Part shown: in pieces, positions 55,260 through 64,000 of the stretch
Layout of the letters: the number at the start of each line of letters is the position of its first letter
Numbering within the stretch: the stretch's first letter is position 1
Source: Macrostomum lignano
Taxonomy: Eukaryota
Assembly: GCA_002269645.1 (NCBI GenBank)
Contig: NIVC01000112.1
Location: forward strand, 1 to 64,000
Direction: 5' to 3'
DNA length: 64,000 nucleotides
Made by a program: the position numbers and the translations under genes
The notes under the pieces: generated by a model
Database searches by the model: none
The model's input: only the letters and a program-made list of their open reading frames with translations
Told to the model about the DNA's origin: nothing

Positions 55260-57429
55260 CACAGATACTATAAACACTAGATAGGCCACTCCAGCTAATT
55301 TTCACAACACGACAGTTTACTCTACTTTCTGCTTAGTAGTAGTAAAAACATTTTAGCGTTATTTATATTTTTTAAAAATAAAAAAACAGATGAATGCAAT
55401 GCAGCAATTGTATTGATTTTTTTGCAAAAAGAAACTTATAATTATACTTTCCACAATTCAAAGCAACATTGTGAATGCTTTAGATTGCATAGAAGGCTAT
55501 ATTATTGCAGTCAACTATTGTATATTTAGCAAATACGAGCTATATCATATACTCCATAATCCATATTCGTGTAGCAAAATAGAAAGATTTCTCATCTTAA
55601 TCAGCTCATCTGTTTGTGAAACTCGCAGCGTGCTGTTGAAGAACAGGGTCGCCAGTCGCCCTTGTTCAGAGGCAGCATTCAGAACGGCCCAACAGATGAA
55701 AAAAAACTGGCGAATGCGCCACTTCAAGGTCCAGGGATGTATCCGATGGAGAGCCAATCCTCAGTGGTTTCGTAACAGGCAGCCGATAAGCAGCAGGACT
55801 TTTGTGGTGCAGCTGCAATGAGCTGCTGATGAGATGACATCCTTTGACCAGAGCACCCCTGACTGCGAGCGCCCTGCCGCCCAGTCGACCGCTGGAAGCT
55901 GCGCTAGCCACGCCTCCACAGTCCATGGATGCACGACTGCGCTGCACTTGCCTTGACCATCGAATGTTGCCGCTGCAGCCGCTTGATTTGCCTGTCGCTT
56001 TCGGGATTGCCGCTGCAGCCGCTTGATTTGCCTGTCGTTTTCGGGATTGCCGCTGCAGCCGCTTGATTTGCCTGTCGCTTTCGGGATTGCCGCTGCAGCC
56101 GCTTGATTTGCCTGTCGTTTTCGGGATTGCCGCTGCAGCCGCTTGATTTGCCTGTCGCTTTCGGGATTGCCGCTGCAGCCGCTTGATTTGCCTGTCGTTT
56201 TCGGGATTGCCGCTGCAGCCGCTTGATTTGCCTGTCGCTTTCGGGATTGCCGCTGCAGCCGCTTGATTTGCCTGTCGCTTTCGGGATTGCCGCTGCAGCC
56301 GCTTGATTCGCCTGTCACTTTCGGCCTCGGGATCGTTGCTGCAGCCGCTTGATCGTTGCCTCTAGCGCTTGGAACCCGCGAATCGGCTGCAGAGGTGAGA
56401 GCTTTCAGCCGCAACAGCTGTTCTCGGCGCAGAATCTGGTAGCCGAAGGTTGCTCTGCCACAGCACTGGCAGCAGGCAAGTCGCAGGCTCGGCTGCAGAT
56501 AGATTGCTAATTGGCCCCAGCACTGGAGGGTACATGTCGTCTGCCTCTTCATCGTTTATCAGTCCTTTGCACAGAGGGTAGCTGGTCTATTTGAACGAGC
56601 CGAGGCAGCATCAACTCTTGGTGTGGGATTGCGTCCCAGCGAAAACAGATGTCTTGCACATCCGTGGCACTTTGTAAGGCAGCAGTAGGCCTCGTCCATA
56701 AAGTGCAAGCTGAACACACGGAGGCCCCGTGATTTAATTGTTTATAAAGGTCAATATCCACGCTCCTGCAGTAGCTGCTGCCAGCGCTTCGCCAGTGTCA
56801 TCTTTTGGTAATTTATGCATTCGCAACGGATTTTTCTTTCTCGGATGTTAATAGCACTAGTACAAAGCTCGTGCAAGTGGGAGCACAGCAGTGGTTCGAA
56901 TCAAAACATTTCTCGAGTACAAGATTAGATAGAAAAGCTAGTATGCACTCGAACTTTCTTTAACTCTGACTCTTGTCCTGTTCATCTATATAAGCTTGTA
57001 TTTAAGCACGATTCGCCACCCCCAAATTTTCTAACCCACAACCTCTCAACCCCCACCCCTAACCCAGGCTAGCTATGTGCAGTCCTTTATTTTCTATCCC
57101 ACCACCAGTGGGCCTAAATTATCGATCCACTCACCCTGCCTTATACGAAACTGATATTAACCCTATTCCAGACTACCCCCCTTCCTCCACTTTGAAAGAT
57201 AGCGGCATTGCACACTGTCTGTCGCGTCTTAATGTACACCATTACTGCACAAAACAAGTTAGTTGTTTATGGCGTTAGCAAAACGATGTCTTAAAAACAG
57301 TCACTCGATTTGTCTAATTTAGCAAATAATACTGTTGCTTCCTTTCATTGCTACTAAGCAGAAAGTAGAATAAAAAACTTGCCCAGAAAATTAGCCTGAG
57401 TGGCCTATCTAGTGTTTATAGTATCTGTG
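55260..57429 (-). mobile_element. Non-autonomous P-element-like DNA transposon with a decayed THAP domain and an internal 40-bp tandem array
   Basis: 44-bp TIRs CACAGATACTATAAACACTAGATAGGCCACTC.. (55260-55303 / 57386-57429, 2 mismatches). Flanks GTCTCGAC / GTTTAGAT may be an eroded 8-bp TSD. THAP motifs across frames at ~56620-56900: NHCCAPTC, MHKLPKD, KRWQQLL, VCS-(L)HF, RWDAIP. Confidence 0.75.
55965..56320. repeat. 40 bp tandem array (TTTCGGGATTGCCGCTGCAGCCGCTTGATTTGCCTGTCG[C/T]) inside the P-like element
   Basis: Period 40 (GCTTGATTTG at 55981, 56021 and onward), about eight to nine copies. Confidence 0.95.
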
Positions 57430-57690
57430 GTTTAGATATCCGTAACGTTTAGTAGTACACCCACTGCCTCAGGTGATATCCAAGAGGTGTTGCTCAAAAA
57501 AATAGCTCTCTAAAGCAAAGGCCTTAGTTTACGGTAGACCTAATTGCGATTGTACACTTTAAGTCCATTTATTGCAATTAATAGGCTTATCTAATGACAG
57601 TAGTGGCGCAGCGCAAGCTAGGTGCCTTAAAAGTGAAATTCTTTAATATTTTTGCATGCATTTTTACGCTTTCACTAACGTTAAAGCGTC

Positions 57691-58335
57691 GTCAGGGGCG
57701 TCTGCACCAACGGGGGGACAGGGGGGACATGTCCCCCCCAGTAAAATATTTGGGGGGACATGCCACAATGCTTTGTCCCCCCCCCCCCACCATTACCTTT
57801 GTGACGGCCGTTATGGAAATTTTGCTGCATGGTGCTAAAATTAGTTCTCGCGGCGCCAAAATGAGTGCCTGCGGCCAGGGGCATCGCCGTGGATTTTATG
57901 GTGGGAGGGGGACAAAGCCAACACTTCTACATGTAACATGTACAGGACTAAATTCCTACATGTACATTATTTTCAGAATCGGTGTTGTCAGCACTTTTAG
58001 CGCCGCAGGCAGTCATTTTGGCGCCGCTGGCACTCATTTTGGCGCCGCGGGCACTAATTTTAGTACAATGCAGCAAAATTTTCATAATAGGTCACAAAAT
58101 TGGTATGGTTGAGGGGGACAAAGCATATGGCAAATGCCCAAATCTTTTACTGGGGGACATGTCCGGCCCTGTCCCCCAGTTGGTGACGCCCCTGCCTGCG
58201 GCGCTAAAATGAGTGCTGACAACACCGATTCTGAAAAAAATAATGTACATGTAGGAATTAGTCATGTACATGTACTACATGTATAAGTGTTTCGTCCCCG
58301 GCCCCCACCATAAAATCCACGGCGACGCCCCTGAC
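57691..58335. mobile_element. Composite of interleaved inverted repeats A-B-A'-B' from a CAGGGGCGTC-terminal MITE family
   Basis: A 57691-57875, B 57876-58009, A' ~58022-58194, B' 58195-58333; A' and B' are diverged reverse complements of A and B. Confidence 0.75.
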
Positions 58336-58767
58336 GCTTTTTTGCATGAATTTTTTGCAATAATTTAACACTTCAAAAATCATGGCTGAGCCGCTGTAAT
58401 ATTATTTTTTTTATATTTGTGCATACACGGTACATGTAATATACATTCATTTAATGCATACAATGTAATGCAATGCATGCATGTACACACATGTAATGCA
58501 CATTCGACAGCTAGTTCCAGGCCCCTTCTAAAATTTTAATATCATTTTCTCTCCCATGCGCGCTCATTCCCGATCATTGACTAACTGTTTTAATTGTTTG
58601 ATAATGCCTGAATCGGCTGTACAATTTTCGCAAAAGTCCAGTGCTCACACTGCATGCAGATTTGAGCACGGGTTCGATTAATGTTACTTAATAGCGATCG
58701 ATGCAGTCCGTAATTCCAAAAAGGTTTATGATTTCTATTTTATAAATTGCGCAGCCATGCGTGTAAC

Positions 58768-59316
58768 AAGAAGCCCATTTGAATAGGAAACTTAGTACAC
58801 GTAGACTAGCTAATTGCATGTAGTTGTCAGCGCAGCGTCATCTGATCTACATGTACATATATATCGCTTCACCCCGATACATCAGCTTTAGCTCATCCTG
58901 AAACTCCGCGGCACCGCGATACATCAGCTATAGCTCATCCTGAAACTCCGCGGCACCGCGATACATCAGCTATAGCTCATCCTGAAACTCCGCGGCACCG
59001 CGATACATCAGCTATAGCTCATCCTGAAACTCCGCGGCACCGCGATACATCAGCTATAGCTCATCCTGAAACTCCGCGGCACCGCGATACATCAGCTATA
59101 GCTCATCCTGAAACTCCGCGGCACCGCGATACATCAGCTATAGCTCATCCTGAAACTCCGCGGCACCGCGATACATCAGCTATAGTTCATCCTGAAACTC
59201 CGCGGCACCGCGATACATCAGCTATAGCTCATCCTGAAACTCCACGGTGCCGCGGTACAAGATCAAAAGACGCTGACAACTACGTGTACTAAGTTTCCCA
59301 TTCAAATGGGCTTCTT
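58768..59316. mobile_element. TIR-bounded element enclosing nine 42-bp tandem units
   Basis: AAGAAGCCCATTTGAAT(A/G)GGAAACTTAGTACACGTAG..TTGTCAGCG is inverted at 58768-58848 and 59260-59316. Internal unit GATACATCAGCTATAGCTCATCCTGAAACTCCGCGGCACCGC spans 58877-59255. Confidence 0.8.
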
Positions 59317-62300
59317 ATTGTTGCGTGAATGTGCATAAATGTATAGGGCCGCCTGTGCCGACGTGATACCGCTGCTCCTTTAGACGAAAGCATTTCCCGC
59401 TTATGCAAAGGTGCTAGACTACGATCGCGTAGAACTGCGTGCTCTTAAAACTGTCGCAGCAATATCTACGATCGAGCTAGGAGTTTCCCTGTGTGTACTT
59501 TTGCGCAGGTAATTGCATGGGTTGGCCATGTCGATCGCTGTCAGCTTGATACAGTGCAATTTGTATTCGAGTTGGACAGAAACTCGTGCATTTCGCCAAA
59601 TTATTCTACTTGAAGTACGCAATCGCGGACAGTTTTTGCATTCGTGTTTAATTTTTTTGCAAATTTAACAGTTGTACTTAAAGTATTTTTGCAAAAGTCT
59701 TTATTTTGACTTACAAATAGGAGGCCATGCATGCAAGATAGATTGTGCATTCTCTCAGGGTACTACTTACTTGCAAAAGTGCATGTACTGATCGAATGAA
59801 TTCATAACAAATGAATGCATTATATAGCACAGTAACAATTATGATGAGTCTATCTTCGATATTCGATAGGTTTTATGTCTTTATTATACATGTAAAAAGT
59901 GCGTGAATACTGTTTGTTGCATGTGCCTGAGAAATGCGAGTCAAAAGTGCTTAAATGTGCGATCATTTCTCAGAAGTCACTGGGTCACAAAGATGGTCAC
60001 TCGGCTGAATTTGGGTCGAAGTGCTCACCTGTTGGGAATAAACTTTCCTATGTTATAGAAGGGATACGCTCACCTGATGAACAGCTGCAATAAAATACTG
60101 TTAAAAGAGACTTGGTTATAGAGAAAAGTCACATATGTTATACATACATCGGTATCGGTTGTCAAGTTGTCAAAGAAAACTGAAAAACAATTAAGCGAAA
60201 AGCAAATTTAGATTGGCAGCAAGGAGCCATGCAGACAGTAAAAGCATCTTAAGTCTGTCTGCATGGGATGCTGGCTGGGGTCAGGGTTCATTGTTAGGGT
60301 TTTTTAGTCGCAGCATGCATAATAGCATTTAGGGGGCTGCTTTACCATACAGAAAATGCAGGGTTCTCATGCACAATGCATAAATAAATTGGTTTTATAC
60401 GCAGTTCTGTCTGAGCACTCCGTGTGAACTACAGGACGGCAGCTAAGAGTTGGGTAATTCAACACCCTCCAGTTTCTCTATTTGGAATCCATTGAGTGAC
60501 GTCTGCGCTCTCACGCACACAGCAGCTCGCTCTCTCCATCAGCTGCTATGAGCTGCGTTGAGTCTGTCGGAGAAAAGAGCTCAATTTCTCCGCCCACTCT
60601 GCGTGTCCTCTTTTGCACCCCCGCTGGGTTGTCAGCCACCCCCGCCCTGCCAGCCACCGAAAATCTGTCTTCTTCTTTTTTGTAGTCTTCAGCGGGCTCA
60701 GTCGCGCTTTCTGCTTGGCAAAATTTTCATCCACCTCCATCCCCCGTTTGAACCCCCTGTCCCTGTCTGTAATAAGGCCTTCTCTCCTCTTCAACTCTCT
60801 GCCTCTGTGCCCCCAGCTCTCACCAGCACTCCTAGTTGCCATGACTACAACCCAGCCAGCATATTCGGGTCCATCCACAAACTCGCTGCGTGAGACCGAT
60901 CGCTGCAATGCAAAGCCAGTCTGTCCCGGCAATTCTATACTCTCTCCCTGCAACCCCCCCTCCCCGACTTGTGCTCAGTTGAGCAAGGCGCTCTCCTGCT
61001 TTCTGTGTGTTTGTGTGTGTACTCAACCGACCCGCGCGGCCTCTCCTTCCTCTCCACTCTCTCCTCATGCCCCATCCAGCTCGATTTTCTCTCCACTGTC
61101 CACCCCCTCTCCGCGTGAGCTCGGTGAGCCAACAGAGCTCCGTGTGAGTTCTCTCCTTTTCAATCTTCTATCTGCCTAAATAGACATTGCATGCTCGCTA
61201 TAGCTATCTCTCTGCCCAGGCGATATTGGCAATTTGAGTCGAGTCCTAAATATACTCAGGCCTCTCCCTGTTTTCGGCCTGCGCTGTCACCTGCATCCAT
61301 GTTCTGAACCCTTCTCAGCAGGCTGCAGTGCTATTCTTATGCTACTCACACGCCCCACCCCCCCCCCACAGGCGCGGGACCACTCGAGTCTGGCATTCGT
61401 GACGAGGGCGGCCTGGGCTTTACGAAAACAGGCCGCATCTCGCCCCCCCCTGGTCCACGCTGTCTGAGCCACCCATAGCTACTCAGCGCTTTCTATGTGC
61501 TCAGCGGGTGGGTGCATGGCCGGTCTTGCTCAGGTAAAAAAGAGAGAAGTGAGAAAACACACGATATGAAGCTTAAACAAACATGTCAGGCAATGCATTA
61601 GGAACTTAGATAAAAGCTTATAGAGTATTATTTTACTATCAGTCAGTCCAGTCAGTCAGTCAGTCAGTAGGTCAGGTCCTAATAGTTAATTCAATGCGCT
61701 CTTATGAGATTTCGACCGAAGTCTCTTTATCCATTTTACCTACGTTAAAGCCCTAGCAGAAATAAGCCTGAATCAAGCTATAATCCTCTTTCACGCATTT
61801 CACATGGGAAAGCGACACTGTAAGGTTTATGTGCACTCCCAGACGTAAATGCGCCGCTCTTGGCTTTGTAAGGCACAATGCAGAAATGACTTATCACGAA
61901 AGCGTCGTGATGCAAATTTTCTTTAGCAGATACCGCTCGTACATGTATGTATGTATCTATATCCATGTATGTATGTTTCATTGCCAGTTGTCGGTCACTG
62001 AGAAGTCGTCGCTCTCGGTAAATCTTAAGGTGGATAAAAAAATCATCGAGTCTGGAAAACAGCACATCTTTTGCCGGTTTTGCGAGAAAAATAATCCAAT
62101 TTGCGTGTTTCAGCAAATATCGATTCGCGCAGATTTATTTAATATCGGGGGTAGTTTCAGTTCGTCTGGTGCGACAAAGAGGTTTTAAATTTAAAGACTT
62201 CGAAAATTATTTGTTGTTTAATCTCGCAGGTCACAGACGACGATTAAAATTGATCGGATATTGCGTTCAGGAGGCTGACGGACCAGCAAAGGAGCTGGTG

Positions 62301-62680
62301 GACATTTACACAAGGACACGAGTTTTTTTGTGGCGCGATATAGCAATCCGACTGTTTGCTTTTGTGGTTACTCAACTATAAGATTGCCTATCAGAAATGT
62401 CAGAATAAAAACAGTTCGGGCAGATTCTCTTGATAAAGCTTTGATAAATAATCTTTATGGCAGATTTGACAGTTTGCTTTCTGGAGCTAATGATTCAGTT
62501 AGTGATGCTTCATGCAAACGTTGACGTCGGCTTCTCTCCTACTTAATTGAACTTCACATCTCTATTCGCGCTGGGAACAGTTAATAAAACACTGATTGGG
62601 ACAACATTCACGGGTTCGGTCTGTTTCATTGTCGAGACTTATTTCAATGATTTCCAACTCTCGGGCCTGGGCAGTTCGTT

Positions 62681-64000
62681 TCACTCAGTGTAACTCTTCT
62701 TCTCGTGGATCTTCTTGATGACGTCAATCTTGCTGCTGAGACCGCTCCTCAGCTTCTTGTAGGGCTGCTCCTGGGTTCCGTGGATCACCAGAACCCATTC
62801 GCTGATCACTCCGTGGACGCTGGCGTCGGTGGCATCAAGGGCGACCTTCAGCTTCCATTTGCCGCGAGGTGACTCGCCCCACATGTGCGTCGTCATGAAG
62901 GGCCAGGAGGTAAATCCAACCTTGCTGTCCGCGTCCTTCGGGCGCTTGCTCAGGATGAGCGAGGTCGTACCGGTCGGGGCAGTCAAGAACACGGTGACGT
63001 CACCGCGCCTGGTGGACTTCAGCGTGATGAAGGCCTGCACGTGCTCGATGTAGTTGATGCGGTGCTTCGGATCGTCCTTGCAGGCGTCAGTATCGATTTC
63101 CATCTCGATGGCATTCTGCACGTTGAAGTGGTAGAGCCTCTTCACTTCGCCAGCGATGCAGTGGAATCGCTCCGGCACAGTCTTCCAGTCCCTGGCCGTC
63201 TTCACGATGTCGCCAGCGTCAAGAACTCCGTAGCCGAACAGGTGGTTGAACTCCAGGCCGGCTGAGTTGACAGTCCAGTCGTGCTTGCCGTTCGGATCGT
63301 ACAGGTGGTTTCTCTTGGAGGTCAGGACCACCAGGTGCTGCATGTCGCGCCAGGTCAGGTTCGAATTGGCCTCCAGGGCCAGAGCAAACACGCCAGCGGC
63401 CTCGGGAGCGGCGGCGCTGGTGCCGCTGTGATGCAGGGTGCACTTTCCGTACAGGTCAACCGTGGCAACTCCAGCGTCCAGAGTCGAAGCCTTGCCATTG
63501 GAGAAGGTAGAGGCCAAGGTGGAGGAGCAGGACTCATCGTACAAAGCGGTCTCGCCATCGTTGGTGGCAGAGTTGATGCTGATGGTCCACATGCTGGCGG
63601 CGTAACCATCGCAGTTGCAGTCGTCGTCCGGACCACCGTCTCCGCTGGCCCACACGAAGATGCTGCCCTTGCCGTTCCTGCCCTTGTTGACGCCCTCAAC
63701 GATGGCGCGCATCGTCTCGTTGCGCGGACCGTCGACAGTTTTGCCATCGTCAGTTGGGCCCCAGCTGGCGGAGTAGATGTCAATGATGTCCCGCTTGTAG
63801 GACATGGCGGCCGCCTCGATCAAGTCGGTCATGTAGGGCTGGTCGAGCATCCTAAGGCCGGCAATTTTGCTGCCGTAGGCAACACCGACACCGCAGATTC
63901 CGTTATCACGCTTGGACGAGATTTCGCCGGCGCAGCGGGTGCCGTGGCTGTTGAACCAGTCGTCGGTGTAGCGCGGGTAGGGGTACGGATCGTTGCTGCT
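62681..64000 (-). CDS. PCSK2: Prohormone convertase 2 (catalytic and P domains), 5' end beyond the window
   Basis: A continuous frame reads SSNDPYPYPRYTDDWFNSHGTRCAGE (catalytic His), VWASGDGG (PC2-specific Asp in the oxyanion hole), HSGTSAAAP (catalytic Ser), RRGD in the P domain, and KKSYTE*. Confidence 0.96.
   Translation of the reverse strand, partial: SSNDPYPYPRYTDDWFNSHGTRCAGEISSKRDNGICGVGVAYGSKIAGLRMLDQPYMTDLIEAAAMSYKRDIIDIYSASWGPTDDGKTVDGPRNETMRAIVEGVNKGRNGKGSIFVWASGDGGPDDDCNCDGYAASMWTISINSATNDGETALYDESCSSTLASTFSNGKASTLDAGVATVDLYGKCTLHHSGTSAAAPEAAGVFALALEANSNLTWRDMQHLVVLTSKRNHLYDPNGKHDWTVNSAGLEFNHLFGYGVLDAGDIVKTARDWKTVPERFHCIAGEVKRLYHFNVQNAIEMEIDTDACKDDPKHRINYIEHVQAFITLKSTRRGDVTVFLTAPTGTTSLILSKRPKDADSKVGFTSWPFMTTHMWGESPRGKWKLKVALDATDASVHGVISEWVLVIHGTQEQPYKKLRSGLSSKIDVIKKIHEKKSYTE

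Noticed and set aside
55761-56552. 263-aa ORF with 40-aa repeats as a genuine repeat protein
   Set aside because: The DNA unit is 40 bp, not a multiple of 3, so the peptide cycles through three frames; it lies within a decayed transposon.
58877-59255. CRISPR array (also the 40-42 bp arrays at 32165, 33800 and 55965)
   Set aside because: The units are head-to-tail without spacers, the context is eukaryotic, and there are no cas genes.
60546-61532. Protein-coding ORFs or the first exon of a + strand gene
   Set aside because: CT-rich promoter- or UTR-like sequence with overlapping low-complexity ORFs. A possible ATG..CAG|GTAAAA mini-exon near 61517-61532 has no supported downstream exon.

Overview
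Eukaryotic (metazoan) genomic DNA with GC-rich exons separated by introns that almost all carry their own tandem minisatellite. This architecture is suggestive of a flatworm such as Macrostomum (inference, not verified). Genes reconstructed by reading splice sites and phases: (1) the 3' end of an unknown + strand gene ending in a CaaX motif (325-3252); (2) a 10-exon - strand adaptor with a PH-like domain, a Tyr/Pro-rich linker and three tandem degenerate SH2 domains (4941-13810, start not found); (3) Hsp110/HSPA4 (19537-30148, +) with heat-shock elements upstream; (4) ACSL3/4-type acyl-CoA synthetase (31657-36886, -); (5) ZDHHC22/24-type palmitoyltransferase (41792-43828, -); (6) an intronless class A GPCR with a signal peptide and a ~430-aa N-terminal region (45106-47559, +); (7) prohormone convertase PC2 (62681 to beyond 64000, -). 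Mobile DNA includes a 5'-truncated RTE-like LINE, SINEs, a structurally complete 589-bp TRIM-like miniature LTR element, a 2.17-kb P-like element with a decayed THAP domain, and several MITE or foldback structures, two of which enclose tandem arrays. The strongest leads are: one exon flanked by the same 29-bp minisatellite in inverted orientation, the PH-3xSH2 adaptor, the large-ectodomain GPCR, the TRIM, and signs of local minisatellite spread and C-to-T erosion of repeats. Several single-base frameshifts in conserved genes are most simply assembly errors. All coordinates were read by eye, and no searches or alignments were run.
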